From: Xanthomonas campestris pv. campestris str. ATCC 33913
GTDB taxonomy: Bacteria; Pseudomonadota; Gammaproteobacteria; Xanthomonadales; Xanthomonadaceae
Direction: 5' to 3'
Assembly (NCBI RefSeq): GCF_000007145.1
Contig: NC_003902.1
Location: 3,986,497-4,018,496, forward strand
DNA: 32,000 nucleotides
A program made the translations under genes and the position numbers. Within the stretch, counting starts at the first letter, position 1. Each line of letters opens with the position of its first letter. The notes below the pieces were generated by a model. That model ran no database searches. It saw nothing but the letters and a program-made list of their open reading frames with translations, and had not been told where the DNA came from. This document shows positions 13,322 to 22,196 of the stretch, piece after piece.

Positions 13322-15778
13322 ATGTCCACCTTGCACACCCTGCGCCTGCACGCTTTGGCCTGCGCGGTCACCACCTGCCTGTGCGCGCCGCTCGCGCTGG
13401 CCCAGGACGCCACCCCGCCCGCACCCGCCACCCCGCCGGCCGCCGACAGCGCCGCGGTCAACCTGGACTCGGTGTTCGTCACCGGCACCTCCACCGCCAC
13501 CACCAAGCTCAAGTCCAGCGTGTCGGTCAGCACCGTGGGTGCGGAGGCGATCGAGCAATCGGCCCCGCGCAGCACTGCAGAAATCTTCCGCAACATTCCC
13601 GGTATCCGCTCCGAGTCCAGCGGCGGCGAAGGCAATGCCAATATCGCCGTGCGCGGCCTCCCCGTGGCTTCCGGCGGCGCCAAGTTCCTGCAGCTGCAGG
13701 AAGACGGCCTGCCGGTGATGGAGTTCGGCGATATCGCCTTCGGCAACGCCGATATCTTCCTGCGCTCGGATTTCACGATGGATCGCATCGAAGCGATCCG
13801 CGGCGGTTCGGCCTCCACGTTTACCAGCAATGCGCCCGGCGGCATCATCAACTTCATCAGCAAGACCGGCGACACCGAAGGCGGCAGCGTCGGCGTCAGT
13901 CGCGGCCTGGACTACGACAACACCCGTATCGACTTCAATTACGGCGCGCCGTTTGCCGAGCACTGGCAGTTCAACATCGGCGGCTTCTTCCGCCAGGGCG
14001 ACGGTGTGCGCGATGCCGGCTACACCACCGACAAGGGCGGCCAACTCAAGGCCAACCTCACCCGCCTGTTCGAGAACGGCTACGTGCGTGTGTACGGCAA
14101 ATACCTCAACGACCGTGCCGCCGGCTATTTGCCGGTGCCCACCTCGGTGCGTGGCCGCGACGGCTCGCCGGACCTGGGCGGCTTCCCCGGGTTCGATCCC
14201 GGCAACGACACCTTGTACAGCCGTAATTTCCGCACCGATGTTGGCCTGGATGGCAACAACCAGCCGCGCCGCACCGACCTTGGCGACGGCATGCACCCGA
14301 TCTCCCGCACCATCGGCGCCGAAGCCTGGTTCGACCTGGGCAATGGCTGGAACCTGAGCGATAAATTCCGTATCGCCGACAACAGCGGCCGCTTCGTCAG
14401 CCCGTTCCCGGCCGAAGTCACCGATGCCGCCGCGCTGGCATCGTCCATCGGCGGCGCCGGCGCGCAGCTGGTGGAAGCCGGTGGCGCCAATGCTGGCCAG
14501 GCCTACACCGGCACGGCCATCCGCACGCATCTGTTCAATGTCGCCATCAACGATCTGGGCAATGTCACCAACGACCTCAGCCTCTCGCGTGAGTTCGGCG
14601 GTGACGGCCGCACCCTCAACCTGCGCATGGGCTACTACACCTCGCGCCAGACCATCGACATGGACTGGACCTGGAACTCCTACGTGCAGAGCCTGGGCCG
14701 CGACTCGCGCCTGCTCAACGTGGTCGACGCCGCAGGCGTGTCGCGCTCGCAGAACGGCCTGTACGCCTACGGCACGCCGTTCTGGGGCGATTGCTGCATC
14801 ACCCGCAGCTACGACGTGCGCTACGACGTCAACGCACCGTACGTGTCGCTCACCTTCGACAGCGGCAAGCTCAGCATCGACGGCAGCCTGCGCTACGACA
14901 TGGGCGATGCGCGCGGCAACTATTCCGGCACCGCCATCGCGCAGAACCTGGACGTCAACGGCGATGGCGTGATCCAGCCGGTGGAGCAGCGCGTGGCCAC
15001 CGTGGACACCGCCAATGCGCGGCCAGTGGACTACGACTGGAACTACCTGTCGTACTCATTGGGCGGCAATTACCTGATCAACGACGACCTGGGCGCATTC
15101 GCACGCGTCAGCCGTGGCGCACGCGCCAATGCCGACCGCCTGCTGTTCGGCGTGATCCGCGACGATGGCTCGGTGACCTCCGATGAAGCGGTCAACGTGG
15201 TGCGACAGACCGAAGCCGGCCTGAAGTGGCGCCGCGACGGCCTGAGCCTGTTTGCCACCGCGTTTGCCGCGCGCACCCAGGAGCAGAACTTCGAAGTCAC
15301 CAGCCAGCGCTTCTTCAACCGTAGCTACAAGGCGCACGGGATCGAGCTGGAAGCCAGCTACCGCTACGAGGGCTTCACCGTCAACGGCGGCGTGACCTGG
15401 ACCGATGCAGAAATCGCCAGGGACCAGATCACTCCGGAGAACACCGGCAACGTGCCGCGCCGCCAAGCCGACTTCGTGTGGCAGCTCACCCCGAGCTACC
15501 GCGGCGACGGCTACCAGTTCGGCGTGAACCTGATCGGCACCACCGAGGCCTACACGCAGGATTCCAACCAGCTGAAGATGCCGGGCTACACGCAGGTGAA
15601 CCTGTTCGGCGACTACCGCATCACCGATGCGCTCACCGTCGCGTTGAACGTCAACAACCTGTTCAATACGTTCGGGCTGACCGAAGCCGAGGAAGCCACC
15701 ATTCCGGCCAACGGCATCATCCGCGCACGTTCGATCGCCGGCCGCACCACCAGCCTCAGCCTGCGCTACGACTTCTAA
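13322..15778 (+). CDS. suxA: TonB-dependent outer-membrane receptor (sucrose CUT-locus transporter)
   Basis: ORF 13304..15778 trimmed to ATG 13322. Signal peptide MSTLHTLRLHALACAVTTCLCAPLALA/QD; TonB-box-like LDSVFVTGT; plug region IPGIRSESSGGEGNANIAVRGL; long beta-barrel ending ...TTSLSLRYDF. Confidence 0.9.
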   Translation: MSTLHTLRLHALACAVTTCLCAPLALAQDATPPAPATPPAADSAAVNLDSVFVTGTSTATTKLKSSVSVSTVGAEAIEQSAPRSTAEIFRNIPGIRSESSGGEGNANIAVRGLPVASGGAKFLQLQEDGLPVMEFGDIAFGNADIFLRSDFTMDRIEAIRGGSASTFTSNAPGGIINFISKTGDTEGGSVGVSRGLDYDNTRIDFNYGAPFAEHWQFNIGGFFRQGDGVRDAGYTTDKGGQLKANLTRLFENGYVRVYGKYLNDRAAGYLPVPTSVRGRDGSPDLGGFPGFDPGNDTLYSRNFRTDVGLDGNNQPRRTDLGDGMHPISRTIGAEAWFDLGNGWNLSDKFRIADNSGRFVSPFPAEVTDAAALASSIGGAGAQLVEAGGANAGQAYTGTAIRTHLFNVAINDLGNVTNDLSLSREFGGDGRTLNLRMGYYTSRQTIDMDWTWNSYVQSLGRDSRLLNVVDAAGVSRSQNGLYAYGTPFWGDCCITRSYDVRYDVNAPYVSLTFDSGKLSIDGSLRYDMGDARGNYSGTAIAQNLDVNGDGVIQPVEQRVATVDTANARPVDYDWNYLSYSLGGNYLINDDLGAFARVSRGARANADRLLFGVIRDDGSVTSDEAVNVVRQTEAGLKWRRDGLSLFATAFAARTQEQNFEVTSQRFFNRSYKAHGIELEASYRYEGFTVNGGVTWTDAEIARDQITPENTGNVPRRQADFVWQLTPSYRGDGYQFGVNLIGTTEAYTQDSNQLKMPGYTQVNLFGDYRITDALTVALNVNNLFNTFGLTEAEEATIPANGIIRARSIAGRTTSLSLRYDF

Positions 15779-15811
15779 AGGACCCGCGCCGGGCCCTGCC
15801 CGGCTTTCCCC

Positions 15812-17725
15812 ATGATCGCTTCCTCCCCCATCGATGCCGCTGCACTGCGCGCCAGCGTTGCCGCCGCACTGGATCCGTCCACTGCCGTAGCAACACTGGC
15901 GCGTTTCGATACGCATGCCCCGCGCCTGCTCGACGCGCTGTCCACGCTCTACGGCGACCATGCCGACTACGTCACCTGGTTGCCACAGTGGCTGAGCGCA
16001 CTGGGCGTGGTCGCACAGGCACGGCCAGCGGCCTTGCGGCACCTCGACGACAGCCGCGCACCGGGCTGGTTCGGCCAGCAGGACATGCTGGGCTACAGCG
16101 CCTACGTGGACCGTTTTGCCGGCACGCTGCGCGGTGTTGCCGAGCGCGTTCCGTATCTGCAGGAACTGGGCGTGCGGTATCTGCACCTGCTGCCATTCCT
16201 GCGCGCACGCGCCGGCGACAACGACGGCGGTTTTGCGGTCAGCGATTACGGCCAGGTGGAACCGGCCCTGGGCAGCAACGACGATCTGGTCGCACTCACC
16301 GCACGCCTACGCGCGGCCAACATCAGCCTGTGCGCAGATTTCGTGCTCAACCACACCGCCGACGACCACGCCTGGGCACAGGCCGCACGCGCTGGCGATA
16401 CGCGTTATCTCGACTACTACCATCACTTCGCCGACCGCAACGCACCTGACCAGTACGACACCACCCTGGTGCAGGTGTTCCCGCAGACTGCGCCCGGCAA
16501 CTTCACCTGGGTGGACGAGACCCGGCAGTGGATGTGGACCACGTTCTATCCCTATCAGTGGGATTTGAACTGGAGCAACCCGGCGGTGTTCGGCGAGATG
16601 GCATTGGCGATGCTGGAGCTGGCCAATCTGGGCGTGGAAGCGTTCCGACTCGATTCCACGGCGTACCTGTGGAAACGCCCGGGCACCAACTGCATGAACC
16701 AGCCCGAGGCGCACACCATCTTGGTGGCATTGCGTGCCGTGGCCGACATCGTGGCGCCCTCGGTGGTGATGAAGGCCGAAGCCATCGTGCCGATGGCGGA
16801 GCTGCCGCCCTACTTCGGCAGCGGCGTGCAGCGCGGGCACGAGTGTCACCTGGCCTATCACAGCACGCTGATGGCGGCTGGCTGGTCGGCACTGGCCCTG
16901 CAACGCGGCGACATCCTGCAGGACGTGATCGCGCACAGCCCACCGCTGCCGCCCAACTGCGCCTGGCTCAGCTACGTGCGCTGCCATGACGACATCGGCT
17001 GGAACGTGTTGCAGCACGAGGCCGCCGGCACTGCCGCGCAACCGCCGTTCTCGCTGCGCGAAGTGGCGCAGTTCTACGCCAACGCCGTGCCCGGCAGTTA
17101 CGCGCGCGGCGAAAGTTTCCAGAGCAGCGGCGATGGCGTGCATGGCACCAATGGCATGAGCGCGGCATTGGTGGGCGTGCAGGCTGCGCACGAACACGCC
17201 GATGCGGCGGCGGCCGCCCGTGCGGTGGATCGCCTGGTGTTGCTCTACGCCGTGTCGCTGGCGATGCCGGGTGTTCCGCTGATCTACATGGGCGATGAAC
17301 TCGCGCTACCCAACGACACCGCCTACCTGGACGATGCGCAGCGACGCCACGAAGGACGCTGGCTGCATCGCCCGGCGATGGCGTGGGAGCTGGCCGCGCA
17401 GCGGCATGACGCCTCCACGTTGGCAGGTACGGTGTACACGCGCTTGCGTGCATTGATCCGGCTGCGTGCGGGCCTGCCTGCGCTGGCTGCCACGCAATCG
17501 CTGGGCAGCGTCGCCCTCGGTGATGCCCGGCTGTTTGCACTGACGCGTGGCGACAGTTTCCTGGCGGTGCACAATTTCAGCGACGTGCCACTGCCGGTGG
17601 ATCTCACCCAGACCGGACATGCCCTATGGGCTGTGCTGGACACCGACGGCACTGGCGATGCGCCCGAACCGCATACGGAGCTGTTGCTTCCGGCCTATGG
17701 CGTGCGCTGGTTGCAGCGTCGTTGA
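15812..17725 (+). CDS. suxB: GH13 amylosucrase/sucrose hydrolase
   Basis: 637 aa. GH13 conserved regions read directly: I CADFVLNHTA, II GVEAFRLDSTAYLWK, III VVMKAEAIV, IV YVRCHDDIGW. It starts 33 nt after the suxA stop, suggesting one operon. Confidence 0.9.
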   Translation: MIASSPIDAAALRASVAAALDPSTAVATLARFDTHAPRLLDALSTLYGDHADYVTWLPQWLSALGVVAQARPAALRHLDDSRAPGWFGQQDMLGYSAYVDRFAGTLRGVAERVPYLQELGVRYLHLLPFLRARAGDNDGGFAVSDYGQVEPALGSNDDLVALTARLRAANISLCADFVLNHTADDHAWAQAARAGDTRYLDYYHHFADRNAPDQYDTTLVQVFPQTAPGNFTWVDETRQWMWTTFYPYQWDLNWSNPAVFGEMALAMLELANLGVEAFRLDSTAYLWKRPGTNCMNQPEAHTILVALRAVADIVAPSVVMKAEAIVPMAELPPYFGSGVQRGHECHLAYHSTLMAAGWSALALQRGDILQDVIAHSPPLPPNCAWLSYVRCHDDIGWNVLQHEAAGTAAQPPFSLREVAQFYANAVPGSYARGESFQSSGDGVHGTNGMSAALVGVQAAHEHADAAAAARAVDRLVLLYAVSLAMPGVPLIYMGDELALPNDTAYLDDAQRRHEGRWLHRPAMAWELAAQRHDASTLAGTVYTRLRALIRLRAGLPALAATQSLGSVALGDARLFALTRGDSFLAVHNFSDVPLPVDLTQTGHALWAVLDTDGTGDAPEPHTELLLPAYGVRWLQRR

Positions 17726-17894
17726 ATCATGGGTTGATCTAGACCGCACTCGGCAAAGCTGCCGTGGTGCGCGTCGCGTGTCGATGCTTGATGCGCGAGG
17801 TACTGGAGTGCCTCGCCGACTCGACGCCCGCGCTTCGTCATACGACGCGGTTTCGCACTCAGCAACGCTGCATTGCAGCGTGTACATCGGCAAT

Positions 17895-17925
17895 AAAAAA
17901 GCACGCCGGTCAGGGCGTGCTTTTT
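17895..17925. terminator. Bidirectional rho-independent terminator between suxB and the DJ-1-family gene
   Basis: AAAAAA-GCACGCC-GGTCAG-GGCGTGC-TTTTT: a 7-bp GC stem (17901-17907 / 17914-17920) flanked by an A-run and a T-run, so it is usable on both strands. Confidence 0.75.
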
Positions 17926-18019
17926 CTCATCGCATCTGCTCGACCTGACGACCACGAAGGCCGCGCCGCCGCACAGATGAGTTGCTGCGCTGGCGCGTTT
18001 CCGCGCCAGCAGCTGCATC

Positions 18020-18700
18020 TCAGCGCTTGCCCAGGCTCAACAGCGTTTCCGCAGTCTTCTCGGACGAAGCCGGGTTCTGGCCAGTCACCAGCATGCCGTC
18101 GGTAACCACATGCACGCCCCAGTCGGCGCCCTTTTCATACTGGCCACCAAGCTCGATCAGCACGTCTTCCACCAGGAACGGCACGATCTTGGTCAGACCC
18201 ACGCCCTCTTCTTCGCCGTTGGTGAAGCCAGTGACGCGGCGACCATTGACCAGCGGCTTGCCGCCTGCGCCCTTGACCCGACGCAGCGCGCCCGGTGCGT
18301 GGCAGACCAGACCATGTGGCTTGTTGGCAGTGGCGAACGCTTCGATCAGCGCGATCGAGTGCGCGTCTTCGGCCAGATCCCACAGCGGGCCATGACCACC
18401 CGGATAAAACAGCACATCGAACGTGTCTGCCTGGATGTCGGCCAGGCGGTGCGTAGTTGCCAGCGCCTGCTGCGCATCGGGATCCTGCTTGAAGCGCTTG
18501 GTCGCCTCGGTCTGCGCGTCGGGCTCGTCACTCTTCGGGTCCAGCGGCGGCTGGCCGCCCTTCGGCGAGACCAGGGTGATCTGCGCGCCTGCGTCCTTGA
18601 ACACGTAGTAGGGCGCGGCGAATTCTTCCAGCCAGAAGCCGGTCTTCTTGCCGGTATCGCCCAGCTGGTCGTGGGAGGTGAGCACCATCAGAACATTCAT
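18020..18700 (-). CDS. DJ-1/PfpI (class I glutamine amidotransferase-like) family protein
   Basis: ORF 18020..18799 trimmed to ATG 18700 (MNVLMVLTSHDQLGDTGKKTGFWLEEF). Nucleophile-elbow Cys-His in HGLVCHAPGAL, plus FYPGGHGPLWDL. 226 aa. Confidence 0.85.
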   Translation of the reverse strand: MNVLMVLTSHDQLGDTGKKTGFWLEEFAAPYYVFKDAGAQITLVSPKGGQPPLDPKSDEPDAQTEATKRFKQDPDAQQALATTHRLADIQADTFDVLFYPGGHGPLWDLAEDAHSIALIEAFATANKPHGLVCHAPGALRRVKGAGGKPLVNGRRVTGFTNGEEEGVGLTKIVPFLVEDVLIELGGQYEKGADWGVHVVTDGMLVTGQNPASSEKTAETLLSLGKR

Positions 18701-18802
18701 TGGATTGCCTTGGGTTATCGCCCCGGACTCGGGCAAGGCGGCCAGTCTGCGATTCAGCCCGTTGCAGCGCCGTGTAGAGTGCGTGGGCGCCGCGCGCACG
18801 GT

Positions 18803-20065
18803 TCAGACATTCATCGCCGGCGGCTGCAGCTGATCCATGCGGATGCGGTTGGCAAATAGCGAGAACGCCAGCATGCCGGCCAGCCCGCTGACACGGCTCA
18901 CCCACGGCGGCAGCCAGCGTGGCGCCACCAGTACACCGCTTTCGAACAGCGGTGCAAAGCGCGCCACATCGCCCAGCGCCATCTTGCCCGCGAACAAATA
19001 CCGGCAGCGCTGCAACTGATCGCGCTGCAACGCATGCCGGAAGAACGTATGCACCGCCACCAGCCCGCGCAGGTACACCGTGTCCTTGGTGAAGGCACCG
19101 CCACCGCTGGTCGGCACGCCGCGGAACACGCGCTGCGCAGAGGAAAAACTTTCCAGCGGGCTTTGCCCGCTCTCGGTGAAATAGCGAAAGATCTCGATGA
19201 AATCGGCACCGGAGCGCGCCATCGCAATCGCTTCGATGCGCAGGCTGATGCGCTTCATGCGTTCGATGTCGATGCTGCCGGTGATCTGCTCGGCAAACGT
19301 CGCCAGGCCTTCCTGCGTGGCGGTGGTGCGTGGCGAAGAAATCCCCAGGCTGGGCAGGTGCAGCTGCGCACGCCCGTTGAGCGCCGTGAGCGAGTGCACC
19401 AATGCTTCGTGATGGAACAACTGCGCGCGATCGTAATCGCTGAAGGTCGCGCCGCTGCGCAGCCGGATGCGGTGCGCACCGGCCGCGGCCTTGGCCAGCA
19501 GGTCCGGGTCCAGCGTCACGGTGATCACGCGGCCTTCGAAAAACGCATCCAGATCGTTCTGCAACTGCATCCGCAACGCGGTGGCCGACACCGGCACCTG
19601 TTCTTCCGGCGCCAGCAATTCACGGTCCAGCTCCTGCGCGATCTGAATGAAGTGCCGCGCAGCCTCGCGCGTGCTCGGCCCATTGCCCGGCATCGGGTCG
19701 TCCGGCACACCAAACAGCTGTGCCGAGTAATCACTCACCGCTGCGGTGCCCAGCGATTCCAGCAACCCGGCCGCCAGCCCCCAGCTATGCGCCGAATCGA
19801 TCAAATACGCACCGAGCGGATGCTGCGGGTCGGCGGCCTTCGCAATGACGGCCAGCTCGCGCCGGGTATCGCCAAAATCCAGTACCGGGTACTCCACCTG
19901 CGGCAGCTCTGGCTGCCCGCGCGCCACGCTCTGCAGGAAGGGCTCCTGCAAGGCCCGAGGCCAGCTCGCCAACGCGAGCAATTTGACCCCGCGCACGGCC
20001 TTGACCAAGCGCGCATCCAGCGCCGCGTGATGGACGATGTCCGGCGGCCCCTTGCGCAATGGCAT
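18803..20065 (-). CDS. DUF1704 / QEGLA-motif protein (MATCAP-like putative metallocarboxypeptidase)
   Basis: ORF 18803..20287 trimmed to ATG 20065 (MPLRKGPPDIVHH...). The start codon shares one nucleotide with the rsgA stop (TGATG on the minus strand, 20063-20067). It contains HEALVH (HExxxH spacing) and, 27 residues on, TQEGLATFAE (the QEGLA motif). Confidence 0.85.
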   Translation of the reverse strand: MPLRKGPPDIVHHAALDARLVKAVRGVKLLALASWPRALQEPFLQSVARGQPELPQVEYPVLDFGDTRRELAVIAKAADPQHPLGAYLIDSAHSWGLAAGLLESLGTAAVSDYSAQLFGVPDDPMPGNGPSTREAARHFIQIAQELDRELLAPEEQVPVSATALRMQLQNDLDAFFEGRVITVTLDPDLLAKAAAGAHRIRLRSGATFSDYDRAQLFHHEALVHSLTALNGRAQLHLPSLGISSPRTTATQEGLATFAEQITGSIDIERMKRISLRIEAIAMARSGADFIEIFRYFTESGQSPLESFSSAQRVFRGVPTSGGGAFTKDTVYLRGLVAVHTFFRHALQRDQLQRCRYLFAGKMALGDVARFAPLFESGVLVAPRWLPPWVSRVSGLAGMLAFSLFANRIRMDQLQPPAMNV

Positions 20066-21156
20066 CAGCGCCGTCCGGGACGATCGACGCTGGCAGGCCG
20101 CTTGCCCGAGCCCTTGCCGCGATTGTTCTGCGCAACACGGGTGGCGAGTTTTTCGGCCGCGCTGGCCACTTCCACGCGCAGCTTCATGTAGTTGGCCACG
20201 CGCTCCGGGTCCAGCTGATCGGCCTCGATCGCCGCACGCACCGCGCAACCGGGTTCGGCGATATGCGCGCAATCGTTGAAACGGCATTGCGCGGCCAACG
20301 CTTCCACATCGGAAAAGCCGCCTTCGGCCAGATCCTCCTCACCGGTGGGCTTGAGCTCGCGCATGCCGGGCGTATCGATCAGACACGCACCCGACGGCAG
20401 CGGAATCAACGCCCGATGCGTGGTGGTGTGGCGGCCGCGCGAATCGTTCTCGCGCACCGCGTTGGTCTTCATCTTCTGCGTGCCGAGCAAGGTGTTGGTC
20501 AACGTCGACTTGCCCGCGCCGGACGAGCCCACCAGCACCGCGGTGCGGCCATCGCCCAGCCACGGCCGCAGCGCCGCCACACTCTCGGGATCCTTGGCAT
20601 TGACTGCACGCAACGCGATGTTCTGCGCTTCCAACTCCTCCAGCACCGCTAACGCATCCTCGGCGTATTCGGTCTGATCGGCCTTGGTCAGCACCACCAC
20701 CGGCTCGGCACCGCCACCGCCAACCAGCAGCAGATAGCGCTCGATGCGGCGCGGATTGAAGTCCGCATCCAGCCCGCACACGATGAACACCGTATCGATA
20801 TTGGCCGCGATCACCTGCTGGTGGTAATGCTCGCCAGCCGCGCCGCGCTTGATCGAGGTGCGCCGCGGCAGCAAGGCCACGATGCGCTTGCCCTCCATCA
20901 ACACCCAATCGCCCACCGCCGCCCGCTCATGGCTGGGAAACCGCGGCCGCTGCCATTCCGGCAACGACTCGGCTTTCAGGCTGGCCTCCGGCGTATCGGC
21001 CACCACATACCCGGTGCGGTGCTGCTCCACCACCCGCGCTGGCAACGCCTGCGGATGCGCCGCAAAGATCGCCTGCCAAGCCGGGTCCTCGGGAGGGCCA
21101 GGCCAGGGCCAGCCAATGGATTGGAGGGTGTGGTAGTTGGGGGATGTGTCGCTCAT
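20065..21156 (-). CDS. rsgA: Ribosome small-subunit-dependent GTPase A (circularly permuted GTPase)
   Basis: Permuted motif order: G4 LTKAD, then G1 GSSGAGKSTL, then G3 DTPG. C-terminal zinc knuckle CRFNDCAHIAEPGCAV. 363 aa with a basic C-terminal tail. Confidence 0.9.
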   Translation of the reverse strand: MSDTSPNYHTLQSIGWPWPGPPEDPAWQAIFAAHPQALPARVVEQHRTGYVVADTPEASLKAESLPEWQRPRFPSHERAAVGDWVLMEGKRIVALLPRRTSIKRGAAGEHYHQQVIAANIDTVFIVCGLDADFNPRRIERYLLLVGGGGAEPVVVLTKADQTEYAEDALAVLEELEAQNIALRAVNAKDPESVAALRPWLGDGRTAVLVGSSGAGKSTLTNTLLGTQKMKTNAVRENDSRGRHTTTHRALIPLPSGACLIDTPGMRELKPTGEEDLAEGGFSDVEALAAQCRFNDCAHIAEPGCAVRAAIEADQLDPERVANYMKLRVEVASAAEKLATRVAQNNRGKGSGKRPASVDRPGRR

Positions 21157-21367
21157 GTGCGGATTCTAGGCGCTGCAACGGCTTTTGCCACATTCGGCTC
21201 AAGGCCAGCGCCCGGGATCAATGCTCCGGACAGGACAGAAGACACTCCGCCAGAGTGCTAGCGCCAGCCGTTGCGCGATCAGCCCCTGAGTTCAACATCC
21301 CTACCCGCGTCAACCGCCGCGTCGCCAGCAGCAAAGCGTCCCAACCAGCTTACGTAGGGATGAGCAA

Positions 21368-21880
21368 TTAGCCGCCGGCACCATCCGGATTAAATCGATT
21401 CAGTGCAGCCCAAGCGATCATGCACGAGCTGTAGCCAATAACGGCGCCGGCCGCAACGAACACTCCGTATCCAAGGCTAAACACCAGATGAAATTGTCCC
21501 AGCATGATCATTGCCCAAACACCCCTGCCTGGCGTTTCGATCGACTCAATTGGAAGGCCCAATATAAGAGCACCCACAAATCCCAGGAAGACGACCATTC
21601 CGGAAATCGCGACCAGCAAAGCCTTTGGCCTGTTGTACACCTCAGGAGCATCCGATGTTGAATACTGCCACAGCATAATAAGCGGCGATAACAGCAGCGA
21701 AGCCGACATTGTCAAACCATAACCTTCAGACTGCCCTACGGCCGCATCGTAGAAAAGCTTCCATCCAGGGGAAATACAAAAATCAGGCATCCCTAATGCG
21801 ATTGCGGTTTTGCTGAAGAAGAATGGGACAAGAAAAAAGATCCAGGGAAATGATCCACTCCATCTTTCCAGCCAACTCAT
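21368..21880 (-). CDS. Orphan polytopic membrane protein (170 aa) on a low-GC islet, function unknown
   Basis: ORF 21368..22228 trimmed to ATG 21880 (MSWLERWSGSFPWIFFLVPFFF...), 5 nt after GGAAG; in-frame ATGs also occur at 21892 and 21904. There are 4-5 hydrophobic helices. GC of four 60-nt lines inside the gene is 58, 52, 48 and 42%, against 70-73% in flanking genes. No family recognised. Confidence 0.55.
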   Translation of the reverse strand: MSWLERWSGSFPWIFFLVPFFFSKTAIALGMPDFCISPGWKLFYDAAVGQSEGYGLTMSASLLLSPLIMLWQYSTSDAPEVYNRPKALLVAISGMVVFLGFVGALILGLPIESIETPGRGVWAMIMLGQFHLVFSLGYGVFVAAGAVIGYSSCMIAWAALNRFNPDGAGG

Positions 21881-22196
21881 TTTCACTTCCATTGAAATCC
21901 CCATGCATTGGCGCAGACCCGACAAGTGCGCCAGCGGCCCGCAGGGCATTCTGACGTAGAGCCATGGCATCAATCCATCAGCCACGACAGGCGGATCGCG
22001 CGCGCGCCTGGTCGGCCTGAATAAAGACACTGAGGGCCTAGTGAGGCATGTCACTTTTTTATTACGGCCAGGAGGGCTGCCCCTGGCTCTCACCGCCGGC
22101 CGGTGACCGGCCTTGACATTGTTGCCAATGCAAGCATGTCCGCCTGTCATATTTCCGCTACCATGCCAAGCCTCACGCCTACAACCGGCCTGCCGT

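Noticed and set aside
17695-18105. ORFs 17764..18105 + and 17695..18018 - between suxB and the DJ-1-family gene
   Set aside because: Both run through the bidirectional terminator hairpin and have no coding features.
21351-21960. Possible target-site duplication flanking the low-GC islet (TACGTAGG at 21351-21358, GACGTAGA at 21953-21960)
   Set aside because: Only the 6-mer ACGTAG is shared, and the right copy lies outside the compositional boundary. This is not significant.
22113-22118. TTGACA hexamer as the -35 of an alaA promoter
   Set aside because: No acceptable -10 hexamer lies 16-18 nt downstream; the nearest, CATATT, is 29 nt away. I could not support a promoter call.
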